From Octopus bimaculoides (taxonomy: Eukaryota): a stretch of DNA of 64,000 nucleotides. Made by a program: the position numbers and the translations under genes. Shown one piece after another: positions 50,742-64,000 of this stretch. The notes under the pieces were generated by a model. It saw only the letters and a list, made by a program, of their open reading frames with translations. It had not been told where the DNA came from and made no database searches. The DNA lies in NCBI RefSeq assembly GCF_001194135.2, contig NC_068992.1, positions 2,998,597 to 3,062,596 of the forward strand. Reading direction: 5' to 3'. How positions within the stretch are numbered: the first letter of the stretch is position 1; every line of letters starts with the position of its first letter.

Positions 50742-51484
50742 NNNNNNNNNNNNNNNNNNNNNNNNNNNNNNNNNNNNNNNNNNNNNNNNNNNNNNNNNNN
50801 NNNNNNNNNNNNNNNNNNNNNNNNNNNNNNNNNNNNNNNNNNNNNNNNNNNNNNNNNNNNNNNNNNNNNNNNNNNNNNNNNNNNNNNNNNNNNNNNNNNN
50901 NNNNNNNNNNNNNNNNNNNNNNNNNNNNNNNNNNNNNNNNNNNNNNNNNNNNNNNNNNNNNNNNNNNNNNNNNNNNNNNNNNNNNNNNNNNNNNNNNNNN
51001 NNNNNNNNNNNNNNNNNNNNNNNNNNNNNNNNNNNNNNNNNNNNNNNNNNNNNNNNNNNNNNNNNNNNNNNNNNNNNNNNNNNNNNNNNNNNNNNNNNNN
51101 NNNNNNNNNNNNNNNNNNNNNNNNNNNNNNNNNNNNNNNNNNNNNNNNNNNNNNNNNNNNNNNNNNNNNNNNNNNNNNNNNNNNNNNNNNNNNNNNNNNN
51201 NNNNNNNNNNNNNNNNNNNNNNNNNNNNNNNNNNNNNNNNNNNNNNNNNNNNNNNNNNNNNNNNNNNNNNNNNNNGATATTTGTGCATGTGTGTATGTCT
51301 GCTTCAGTATTTGCATATATCGGTATATATTCATAAATTTATGTCAATAGATATATTTATGCCTATGAATGTATACAGATATATATATATATATGTGTGT
51401 GTGTGTACATATATTTCTACATGCGTATATATATATGTGTGTTATATATTTGTGTATATGTATATATGTATATATATATATATA

Positions 51485-51559
<75 letters not shown>

Positions 51560-52647
51560 GTGTATGTAAAGTACATGCATTTATCAACGCATACATTCAT
51601 ATACATATATTCATAGGCCTGAATTTATATATATATATATATGCACACATGCTGAGAAACATGCACACACACAGGTATATACGTATTGATGCATGCATAT
51701 ATATATACATATATATATTTACACATACACACACACATATATATACATAAATATATATATAAATATACACACACAGAGGTGCATACATATAGGAATGAAT
51801 TTGCTCTTATATCAGTTTTGTATGCTTAATATTGTTGATATATATGTGTGTGTAGTTACATGCATGTATGCATATATATATATATATATATATACATGCA
51901 CACACATGCACGTGTATGCACATATAGAGTATATTGATAAAGATATACACATGCACATTCATAGATATACCCATGTGTCGTTAATAGAATACATAAAAAA
52001 ACTGTTATGAGACTCAATTTGTTCTTTTCTGTTTTTTTTCTGTTCACATTGGATATCTAGCTGTGTGCATTGTACAGATATAACATTTTATGATTATTAT
52101 GATGCATAAAAAAAATGAAACAAAATAACAATATTTGTATGAAAACAAAGGAAAAATTACTCCATTATATAATTCATACATGAAATAAAATTTGGTAAAA
52201 TATTAAATTTCAATTCTCTTTTTTTTTTCTGTCCCTAATGAACAATTAAGTAAATTGTCAAGGAGTGTTTGTACAACTTTTGAAACCTTCCATGTGATAA
52301 ATATCATTATTTACTTGAACTAACATCCTCCTGCTAAGTCTCATAACCACTTCATATGTTGTTATTGCTTCAATTCTCATCGACTGATATATTGTTTACA
52401 GTTCTTAATTTCTGTCTATTTTTGTTTTTATCTTCGTAAAACATATGTAGCCTTGGGTGTATATTGCAATATGATATACACTTTTAAATCTGTTATAATT
52501 ACATGTGACACACATACACACATTTTCATATATATATATATATATATATATGTGGTGAGAGAGAGAAAGAGAGTTGGAGAAAGTTATATAATATATAGTA
52601 ATATATATCTACATATATATTTTTCTTTGTATATCTGTGTGTGTGTT

Positions 52648-52686
<39 letters not shown>

Positions 52687-55600
52687 CATGCCTCCCACGA
52701 TTTCCACCTCTCAAATTTCACTCAAACATTATTGGTCAGAATGAGACTATCATCAAAGGCACTCACTGCTCTCTTGAATTAAATCATGACCCACATGGCC
52801 ACAAAGCAAGCTCCTTCATCCAACAGCCATACCTCTGTTTATATATGCAAACACACCTCATGGACATCATCTTATATATAATATACACATACATGCATTC
52901 ATATGTATGTACATGTATGTGGTCACACAGAAACACACCCATATATATATTCTCATAGTTACCAGTTAAGAAATCTATGTGATGAATAATCTTACCTTTG
53001 TAAGTGCACCTAAAAACCTCACCTCCACCTTCATTCATATATGTAGTTATTGTATCTATACCCATCTGCAGTTTCTAGTTTAAGCTTGTCTTTGATGCTT
53101 GCTTTAATAACTGACCAGAAGCATCTGGAGTTGCCAGGTTTTTTAACAAGAATTCTCAGCTTTCTAATCATGTTGAATTTCTAACCCGAGAAAACATGTA
53201 ATTAGATTCTTTATTTTAGCCACCTTGGGCGTGTTTTTCCACTCTATCAGCAATATTCAACGATGAATCTCTAAATGTGGATGAGGTGGCCTATGAAGGC
53301 CATGACAAATTATTATCGATTGAGTTAGAGAATTCACTTTGACTCTCTCTCTCAATAACTTGAGCCTCATCAGTTGGATGAGTCTGACTCACAGCTCATG
53401 ATATGAATCTGACTCACAGCTCATGATATGCAGATTATTTCATTTCCAGATCCACTCGATTTAACTTCTGTAAATTTCAATGTTTCTCATTGACTTTTTC
53501 TTCGGTTACTTTATAGTTCAATATTCCTCAAGAAACCAGATTAAAATAAAGTATTATGAGCATCACTATAGGGCAGCTAAGAGACTTTCGGAATGTTCAA
53601 CAGTTTCAAACAATATCTTGCAGTCTCTTTAATTCATTCTACTTGGTTAATCTCCATTATTTACACAAATTCGACAGCTTGCAGTTCATTCTTGGTTGTA
53701 TCCTGATTCCAGCATTTTCTTATTTCTAAAAACAAAAATCACTTTCTTCTTGTCAGTTTCATATAGCTGACTTGTCAAGGAGGCAAAGAAAACTGTACTG
53801 AAGCAGGTTCTCATGGATGTAACATTTTATTATTGCCTAGCTAAATCATGATTTAACGAGCTGAGTAACAACAGATATTGCAGCTGATTTTGGGGTCATA
53901 ATTCAGAAGCAATGTTTCCCATTTGTGTTTTGAGTTTCATAAGTTCCTACAGATTTTAATTGTTCTATATATATTAGTCTTCCGTGTTTATTTCCAAATA
54001 CTAATTGTTGTGATTTTAGTTTTGATCATGTGACTTTGTCTCGATTGCTGTTATTTGCCGGCAGTGCAACTGTGCAGAGTTCTGTTTACGGCACGTGTTC
54101 AGTGTCAGTTTTTAGTTAGTCGAGATTAGCAATTCGCTGCATAAAACTGTTATTGCGTTGAAGTTTAGTTTTGCTTACAATTTAACAATCTTTGTTTGTA
54201 TTGTAGATTACTGTATTTTTAGTTGATTAAAACCTTTTAAACTTAGACATTCCAGTTTGGGTTTATAACACTTATTTCAGCCAGCTGACCCAACTGGTCT
54301 GTCCTTTAAGTTGATATTTAGAGATTATCAGATTAAAAGTGATAATTTTAGATATTTTTATATATTTTGATCCCCAAATTTATTCGGATCCTTGTTCCCT
54401 TTTGATTGCCGAACAGAAAGTACCTTCTTTATTCATGCACATCAGAAGCTAGTTGGGATATCATTTGTTGCCAGGTTTCAATTTCTAACATCATTCCTTA
54501 TGATTTCTCCTTTTTTGGTGAATGCCATAAGTTTTATCAGTGAGTCTTGCAACCAGATATGCTAATGTTTCACAGATTATTTCTTGAAATGGTGTGCATA
54601 ATTCTCTTAGTTTTCACATTGTTGACTGCTGTTGTTTGTATTTTATACAAGAAGTATTTCATTTGTCTTGTTCTTGAATTCTCTGTCAATAAACTTCAAG
54701 ATGTAACTATCTACTTGCTTGTATGCATGCCTGTAGAGGTTATATCAACACACTTCTCACTTCATTAACTGTCCTAGATTTGGTGGGATTTATAATCGTT
54801 GAATGGAAAAGATTCAACTTGATCCACTTTATATTCAAAACCATGACTTTAAAGTTTTATTTAAAAACTAAACTCTGCAACCAAAACAAGCACTGCAAAA
54901 GTATTGTGGGTAATTTCCTCATCTACACTAAAAGGCATGTTATCGTCTCATCAGTTCATATCTTGTCACTTTGCTTTTGCTGATTGAGTCATCATACTGA
55001 ACATTTTAATCTTGATCAAGGTACCAAGGTTCATACATAATTCTACAGACATTATTTTCATGTTATTTTGTTATTCATGTCCAAGTTTTTTCTCAAATTA
55101 TACATACTATCTACCTTTTTTTTTTTTTGTTATTATATATTCATCTCTTTTCCCTCAGCTGTTGGTTGGTTGATGTCATTAAATTACTTAACACCTGGTT
55201 CATATTTAGCCTCCTTCCATCTGCATGTAAGAGATTCGTTTCTGTCAGCCCAATTAAGCAAGTAGGATCATATTTTAAAGGAACACAGGGTTGTTCTGAC
55301 TTTGTCACAATGTAGAATGCTTTCTTCCAAGTAATGTTCTCTGTTAGTAATTAGTCGTTTGTTTTCAGGTTTCGTTAAGATATACCATTGCCGTTATTGT
55401 TATTGTTTAGATCCAGGTCAACCCCCACTGAGCAGGTTTATGATCAAAGGCATTCCAGATGTGGCCATCCAATCTTTTTATACTCTAGGACTACATTGTC
55501 CAGTATATCCCACCTTTTATAAGATTGTAGGGCATGGTTTCAGGGAATTTGGCTGCTGTATTTAGCAGGTCAAATAACCACATAGAGACATTGTCTCTCT

Positions 55601-57109
55601 CTATTATAGGTCTCTCTATCCATTATATGGATTGATACTTAGTTGCTGTTGCTAGTGGTTCTGGTACTTTGGCTAACTGTGAATATTGATAATCCATTCA
55701 TGTGGTAAACTATTTCTAATCATGTAGCCATGTTTCAGCATCTATTTGCTGTTTCTTCTTCAATCATTTTAAAATGAATAATGACATGACTCCATGCAGT
55801 CCCATACTTCCTCCTCTCACCACCACCACCAGCTTGTTCAGCTGTTAAAGTGTAATTTCAGGTACAATGTTCTAACATGAAATTGAAGTTGTGTAGATGT
55901 TGTGAATGGTGTCTTGGTGTGCTACTGGAATGGTAAGTTTTAGTCTGAGTGGTTGGTTAATTTTTTAGAATGTATATATATACACATACATACACACACA
56001 TAAACACGTGTTTACATGTATACAAACAAATACACACATTGACTTACATAAATATACACACTTAATATAAATGTGCAGTATACACATTTAACGACAAAAT
56101 ATACACGCATATCTTTAAATGTACTTCTACATAAATATTCGGACTACATGTACATACATACGTGCATTATTAAAAAGAAAAAAAGAAAAAACAGATCAAG
56201 CCAGAATATGTCATCATCATTTAATACCTTTTTTTATCCCTTTCTACCCTTATCTGTAAATTTTGGAATATTCTTCTCTTAATTCCAGTTTTGTAAGTTG
56301 GAAATGATGTCTAACAAGGGAAAAATGAAAACCCAGACCGATTCTTACAAACTAAATATTCACCAAGGTAGCAAGATTTTCAGACAACAGAAAATTAAAG
56401 TGATATCATGAAAGAAATGGTTTATTTAGAATTGAGATGAGCCAGTTGAAAAAAAAAATGAGGATTAAATCAAAGAAAAACTAAAGAGAAAAGAAAAAGA
56501 AACTGACACATCGATAACAATTGTTAAAACACTCAAGTTGCAGCCATTTGTTATTCTGCTAACTGCAACGATTTTCAATAAATGCAATACATTTTTGATG
56601 CTTTGCTGTGTTTTCTTTCATTTTTGATAAAAACTGATATTTCAAAGTCTGTGTATATTTCTTTTTAATTTCATTAATGAGAATTTCTTTTCATGGACAA
56701 TATTTACAGCAGAGTATAAAATAATAAGCAATGACCATAGCTGTAACTCACAAGAGTTGTTTTGTAACGGATTTAGATGGCTGTGCAATGACAGGTACAC
56801 AAAGACATCGTTTTTTGACCCTACCATTCTCAACTCAGCTGAACATCTGAAATGTAACAGTTGAATGGAGAGAGAGAGAGAACTGAACTAGCACTGGGGT
56901 GGTATTCATTTACAGCCGAGTAGACTGAAACGATTTTGTTCAAAGATGTAATAAGTCATTACGCTGGACTCACAATCACACAGTTGTAGGTTTCTCATTT
57001 GCCATTCCTCTTTGACAAAGACAGTCTTAGATAAATATGATTCTACATATCTGATAATAACAAGAATCATGAAGTGAGGAACTTCAACAAACAAATATTC
57101 CTAAAATTA

Positions 57110-57276
57110 CTTTCACATGCCTATGTGGTAAGAAGTTTGCTTTCCAACTGCATGGTTCTGGGTTCAGTCCCACTGAGTGACACCTTGGGCAAGTATCTTC
57201 TACTATAGCCTCAAGCTGACCAAAGCCTCGTGAGTGGATTTGATAGACGGAAACTGAAAGAAGCCCATATATATGT

Positions 57277-57312
<36 letters not shown>

Positions 57313-57500
57313 CTCCCTACCACAGCTTGACAACTGGTGTTAGTATGTTTATGTCCCTATAACTTAGCAGTTCAGCAAAAGAGACTGATAGAATAAGCAT
57401 CAGGCTTGAAAAATTCGTACTGGAGTTGATCCATTTGACTAAAAATTCAAGGCAGTGCCCCAGTATGGTCGCAGTCTAATGACTAAAACAAATTAAAGAA
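57110..57500 (+). mobile_element. Long form of SINE family A with internal (TA)n and 3' tail
   Basis: Head gtggtaagaagtttgc...ggttcagtccc, body, then ...caaggcagtgccccagtatgg...tgactaaaacaa. Reverse-strand tail at about 60160-60400; + strand tail fragments at about 3940-4010 and 30655-30730. Confidence 0.8.
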
Positions 57501-60117
57501 TTAAAGGATATAAAGATAAACAAGAACACATGACATAATGTAGTCCTAGATACATTGTGACTAAAGCAAATTTAAGGAACATGGTTAGAATTCTTTGATC
57601 GAAAACCTATTCAATCGAGACCGAAGTAGAACTAAATGATAACATGAAAAGGAAATTAATGCTTGAGAAAGATAATGGTCATTCTGTCTCAGACAAATGA
57701 ACTCACCTAACATTTTGAAAGTGTTGATACAATTAAAATTAAACTACACTAGATACCTAATGAAAATAATTAATTAACCAAGAGAGCAATATACATCTAA
57801 CTTGGGTATACCAGCATTAATCATGATCAAAAAATGTTAAGAGATAAAGTTTAGCACACAAATAGCTTATTGTTTATCTGTAAGTCGAAAACATGACTTG
57901 ATTTTAATGCACCTTTAAAAAAGGATGGCATAATAGTTACTGTTAGCCTAAGAGAAACATTTTTTTGTTTTTTATACATAGAGTATTTCCATTGTTGCAA
58001 ATCTGCTCAGAGAAAACTTATTCCAATAGCTATAAATATATTTTGAACTTCAGTATAAACAAACTAATTTACTAACTTCCAACCCTCATGCTTTAAATAA
58101 ACAATATTCTATAGGCTCCGAGTTCTTTCTTTTCTGCCTGTTTTAATACATAAAAAAAAAAAATGTTTCTTCCATAATGGAATCTCTTTAGATTCTATGT
58201 AAAGACCCTGTAATGAAAAAGAATATTGCCAACTTCCAATAGGAGAAATAAAATCAGAATGCATCTCCTTGCAAATCTCTTTAAATTGAAAATGTCAGTT
58301 TGTAAAAATATTTATACAGAAACATTATTTTATATTTTCAACCTTCTATTAATAACAGAATCCAATGGAAATATTTAAAATATTGGGAAAACATTGCATT
58401 GAACTGCACAGCTATAACGGAAACCGAGAGTATAGAGTAATAACGTTTAATATTCAATGTAGCAAAGTATATCTTTAGTACCACTCTTACTCATTCTCTC
58501 TCTCTCTCATCTCCTCCTCCTCATCATTACTTAACATCCAATTTCCTGTGTTTGCATAGGCCAGACAGAATGTACAGAGACATATTTCTCTATGGTCAGA
58601 TACCCTTCCTTTTGCCATTCCTCATCTTTTTCTAAGTAACATAATATTTTCCCATAGGCAGACAGGTTTCGCATGGAAAACTGGAAACAACCCCACTTGT
58701 ATGATGGAGAAATCTGTTTACAACCATCATGTGACATCTAGACAAGGGAACACTAAAACAAACATACACACACACACACATATACGTATATGTGTCATCA
58801 TCATCATTGTTTAATGTCCGTTTTCCATGCTGGCATGGGATGGACAGTTTGAACGAGGTCTGCACCAGGCACCAATCTGATTTGGCAATGTTTCCACAGC
58901 TGTGTATTCACAATGCAAATAAGTGATAGCAGCCACTGCAGCCTACAAGCAGACTGATTCTGTTACGGTTTATATTCCTTTTGATATTGTTTACACACCA
59001 TTTGTGAGAGACTTTGAGTAAACTTGGTTAACAGCAGGGAAATAATCCCATTGTCAAACAAAAACAAAACCCTTGTACAAACAATATGCAATATCCAGAT
59101 TTGTAAATCATCATTTAACTGATGCTAGAAAAAAAAATAGGGGTAAAGTATTATTCAAACTACATTTTATTATGTAATCCACTTTGAAAAAACAAACCAA
59201 TCAGCGACTTGAAAAAGTGCCCAAAAAGTTTATCGAAATATTTCAAATCCCCTGAGAGATATTGTGTCCATTGTCAACATTTAAATTAAGTGACAGAGTG
59301 AAAGACGACAGCATTAAACAGAAAATTACAAGGGAAGAAACTAAGCTAATGAAATTGGAAATAGCAGTGCTAGATCATAAAATAGCTGGTTTAGTTGCTT
59401 TTGTTTTTGATCAGTATTCTTTATTTTATGCATTAGCATGTGTTGTCATAAAAAATGGAATAAATTGTTGATGCAGATTCAGCTCTGGCTGTATTTCACA
59501 TCCAACTGACTGAAGTTGGAATAATATTCTTTTTTTTTTTACCTGGATTGACTAAAGCTGACAGCAAAATTTTTTTTCCTTTCTTTCTTTTCTACTCTAG
59601 GCACAAGGCCCGAAATGTTTGGGGAGGGGGCCAGTCGATTAGATCAACTCCAGTATACAACTGGTACATAATTTATCAACCCCCGAAAGAATGAAGGCCA
59701 AACTCGACCTCAGCTGAATTTGAACTCAGAACATAAAGACAGACAGAATACAGCTAAGCATTTTGCCCAGCATGCAAACATCTCTGTCAGTTCACCTCCA
59801 TGCAGACAGCAAAATACTGTGCAAATGGCAGGCAGTTGCTTGTAGCCAAAGTAAACTTCATTAGACTCATTAGTTCTCCAACAAATTATGCAGTATATCT
59901 TTGATTACATGTATAAGTATGATTATAAATATAAATTTGTCATTCCACTAATTCATTAGGCCTACGTGAGCACTCTTATCTCTATATTTCTTTCCCTTCC
60001 CCTTCTCTCCTCCATTCCGCTTCATATCTGAGGAGAGGGTTTATAAATATTGTTCTTAAGGGTAGTTAAATATGGTGTGCAACAGCAGCGAATTGACTCT
60101 AAAAAGAGTTTTTACAG

Positions 60118-60148
<31 letters not shown>

Positions 60149-60419
60149 TCTTTTATTCTCTTCCTTGCTTCAGTCATTTGATGACAGCCATGCTGGAGCA
60201 CTGCCTTGAAAGGTTTTAGTTGAACAAATCGACCTCAGGACATATTTTTTAAGCCTAGAACTTATTATATTGGTCTCTTTTACCAAACTGCTAAGCTTTT
60301 GGTAAACAACACTGGCAAACACACCAACACTGGTTGCCAAGCAGTGACAGGGTGACATACACAGACACAATTACACATGCATGCACACACACACACACAG
60401 ATATATATATGTAGATATA

Positions 60420-60677
60420 TCATCATCGTTTAACGTCCGCTTTCCATGCTAGCATGGGTTGGACGATTTGACTGAGGACTGGTGCAACCGGATGGCTACA
60501 CCAGGCTCCAATCTAATTTGGCAGAGTTTCTACAGCTGGATGCCTTTCCTAACGCCAACCACTCAGAGAGTGTAGTGGGTGCTTTTACGTGTCACCTGCA
60601 AGAAAACGGCCACGCTCGAAATGGTGTCTTTTATGTGCCACCCGCACAAGAGCCAGTCCAGGGGCACTGGCAACGAG

Positions 60678-60680
<3 letters not shown>
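60420..60680 (-). mobile_element. Young RTE 3'UTR copy
   Basis: Nearly identical to 18600-18832, with only a few substitutions by eye. Confidence 0.9.
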
Positions 60681-60709
<29 letters not shown>

Positions 60710-60859
60710 GATAGGCTTCTTTTATTTCCCATCTACCAAATCCACTCACAAGGTTTTGGTCAGCCCCGCCGAGACAATAGTAGAAGACACTTGTCCAAGT
60801 GCCATGCAGTGGGACTGAACCCGGAACCATGTGATTGGAACCACATACCCACGCCTGCA

Positions 60860-60911
<52 letters not shown>

Positions 60912-63689
60912 AGAGAAAGTGCACACAAGCACGTGTGGCTTTGTGGTAAGAAGTTTGCTTCCAAACCACAAGGTTTCAGTTCAGTAAGACCCTTAAATTT
61001 ATAAGAGAAAGGGATGAGGCAGTGTCAGATGTCAGTTTCTGTGATGACTTACTTTATATTTGCTGAACTCAACCCAACAAGAAAGAACAAACATCACCAC
61101 TATGACGATGGGAGTTATTCCAATAATAAAGACTTTGCATGAACGCCTGATGGAACTAAATATCCATTATTTACTTCTTTTGGATTGGATAAATAATGTT
61201 ATAGTAAAATTTGTGCTAATGAGTATCAGTAATTGGCAGTGCAAGAACTCTAAACCTATCCTTCCGACCAATGAAATGAATGATTTGAAAATTACAGTTA
61301 TTAACTGATTCCAAAGTTTTCAACTAATTACTTCCTGTTATTAGAAGAATTTCTCAATCAGAATGTATAACCACATAGGCATATTTGTTTTGTTCTCTAA
61401 GGTCTTTCTCACAGAAACATTCTTCTCAGTAGACTTTTTATACGATCTACACATCAACAGCCATAGGTCAAGCAGTGAGTTGCTATCTAAAAATTTCAGC
61501 TGTAGAATCACAACTCCAAATGTTGCTACACTCACTTCATTCAATTCACATATCACAATTCATTGTTTAATATTTTTCTTCGGGCTCTTCACAAAGGTTA
61601 ATCCATTTTAGATGAATATCTTAATTGAAGGCAGAATTCATTAATATCGATTTCTGTGGACAAGGCTTAAAGCTAATTTTTTAAGGTGAAAGAGGTAATC
61701 AAATGAAATGATTGCAACATACTTTTGATTCTTGTTTTACTGACCTTTACATAATTGAAGCCTTGCAGTATCTCAACAAGAACTAAATAAGATGGAGTCA
61801 ACTATTCAGTCCACCAGTTCAAAGTCATAAAATGATATTTCTTTTGAAAAATATTATTTAAATAACAATTATCTCTTATCAATTATAAATCATTCTTTAT
61901 TTTTCCTAAATGAATAAATACATTTATATATATTTATCATCATCTAATGTTGATACTGGCAAGGGTTTGATGGTCTGACAGGAACTGGTAAGGCCAGGGG
62001 CCACACCAGGCCCTATTGTTTGTTTCGGCATGGTTTCTACAGCTGGATGACCTTCTTAACATCAACCACCTTACAGAGTGTACTGGGTGCTTTTTATGTG
62101 GCACCATCATGAGTACTTTTTACATGGCACAGACAGTGTTTATATATTTATGCAAACCAGCTCATGCCAGCATGGAAGATGTTAAAAGATGCTGATGATG
62201 ATATTTCTATTTGCTCTTCACTCAGAAATCACTGTTTAGAGCTACCCCCACCCCTGCATTCCAAAACAACTCATTGACTTCTGCAAATAAATACTTACAG
62301 TCCTCACTTAAAGCCTTCCCAAATTTTATTTATTTATTTACCACTCATGGAAATGGCTCTGGAATTATGCTACACTTTACATTTAATTATCTTTCTACCA
62401 CATTTCTTCTATGGTCGCTGTTTTTCATATATGTATGGTACTTTAATTCACTACTAACAATTTCTAATTAGAGAGTTCAGTTTAGTGTGGCTCTTTTGTA
62501 AAGTTACTGATGACTGCTGTAGCTGGGCCACTTCTTGTTTCACCCCTTCATTTGACATCTAGAAATTCTTTACACATCTCAGAAAGAAGTAGATTGTTAT
62601 AATACAATCTGTTGTGGTACAATTTGCTACTTGAAAATATTGCTATTGACCCAGCTTCATGTGTCAAACTCGAAATGAAACATTGGTGGAATTTAAAGCA
62701 GCTGTTGAAATCCCATTATGATTTATTAATCTTTTGCCAGAGACTTTAGCCTAGAAAGATGCTTAATGAAGAATGACTTGTGACTATTTTTTGTCACTAA
62801 ACTGTAATGGAAATATCTTTATCAACCCAACTGAAATTAATGAAGTTGACATCAAATAAATCTAACAAAAATGCCTTTGTGCAGAAATTGCTAAATGATA
62901 AACACAATTGTTAAAATGGCAGTAATGATATAGTTGATAATGATGATGATGATAATGACTTTGATAAAAATACAGACAACACTAATGGTAACAACGATGA
63001 TGATGATAATTATGATGATGTCATCAACCTAATATATGCTAATAGTTAGATAAACTGAAGGAAATGGAGCTGAAATGTTAAACAGCTAAATATTTATTGA
63101 GAATCTCCTTCGTTATTGATAATAGCTTTGTTAATGAACATGAAACATTTCTCTGAGTTAATATGGTCACAATCTGACATTAATTGATGACATTCAACAA
63201 GATAAGCTTATCAGAGAATGAGATTGGATTATAAACCTGGGTTAATGGATCAAAAGATAGTTTCAAACAAGTCTTTAAGAAATGCTACAGCTTTATCTCC
63301 CGATAATCTTGATACGGTTAATCTTTACTGTTATTATCGCAACAGTGATGATTGTACTAGCAGGAAGAAGGTTACTAAATCGGCAACAGAAACTGATTGC
63401 TGAGGTACTTCCAACTTGTAATTCTAACTTCAAATACAGTTTTGAAATGTGCAAGATTCTGACTTTTAAAATCCCCCTGATTCAAGGTTTTATGGTTTAA
63501 GTTTGTCAAATTGCAGAATTTAATATGCAATATGCTTCTGCATGAAGTGCTGGATGAGTATAGAGCAGTAGTAAGAAAATGAGATGACAAAGGAATAAAT
63601 GATTATCTTATGAGCTTCATTAGCTGACAGCCGTTTCTGCTATAAGATGCAGCAAACTCATAGTTGAGTGCTCCAATGAAGCTATAAGG

Positions 63690-64000
63690 CAGCGTTTCTG
63701 AACCGGGATTCCCTGGATGCCAAGGGATCCGCAAAAGGTTCCTAGGGGTTACATGAGAAAGAGTGAGATAAGCTAATGCTAATTTCATGATTGTAATATT
63801 ACTATACATGCACAACATATTATTGGTTATTGTAATATAGACATCATCCTATTTAACCTATTATTTTATCAAAAAAAAAAATATAACCATATATATATAT
63901 ATATAGATGATACTTACCTATGATGAAAAGTATATGAGAAAGATATAGTATATAATTTTGTTTGTGTAGGGGGTTCCTTGAGACATGTAATATATTTTAA
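63690..64000. mobile_element. Left end of an hAT-type non-autonomous DNA transposon running off the window
   Basis: cagcgtttctgaaccggg...gggatccgc resembles CAGTGTTTCTCAACC-type hAT TIRs; ggggttccttgag near the window end looks like a subterminal motif. Confidence 0.45.

Noticed and set aside
53383-53430. 25-bp tandem duplication with TGACTCA (AP-1-like) sites; similar 20-bp duplications at 25173-25212 and about 42207-42247
   Set aside because: Ordinary local slippage duplications; no support for function.

Overview
AT-rich, microsatellite-rich eukaryotic DNA with seven N-gaps. The repeat families (tRNA-derived SINEs, RTE-type LINE 3' ends with (GAT)n tails) look like those of octopus; this is recognition from memory, not a database match. 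Most of the window is intronic or intergenic and packed with retroelement and DNA-transposon relics: RTE LINEs, two restriction-like-endonuclease LINE fragments, a Penelope-like RT relic, several SINE families and foldback MITEs. I could not name any host gene. I found a series of splice-flanked + strand exon candidates (724 to 43948, ending in a GPI-signal-like tail) and a few - strand candidates, all tentative. The strongest signal is a tRNA-headed SINE carrying a minimal type I hammerhead ribozyme motif (7 copies). Three times it occurs as a head-to-head inverted dimer flanked by one candidate target-site duplication, which suggests single-event insertion from a dimeric or fold-back template by Penelope-type machinery. 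A second, sequence-unrelated hammerhead-like motif lies at 40346-40378.
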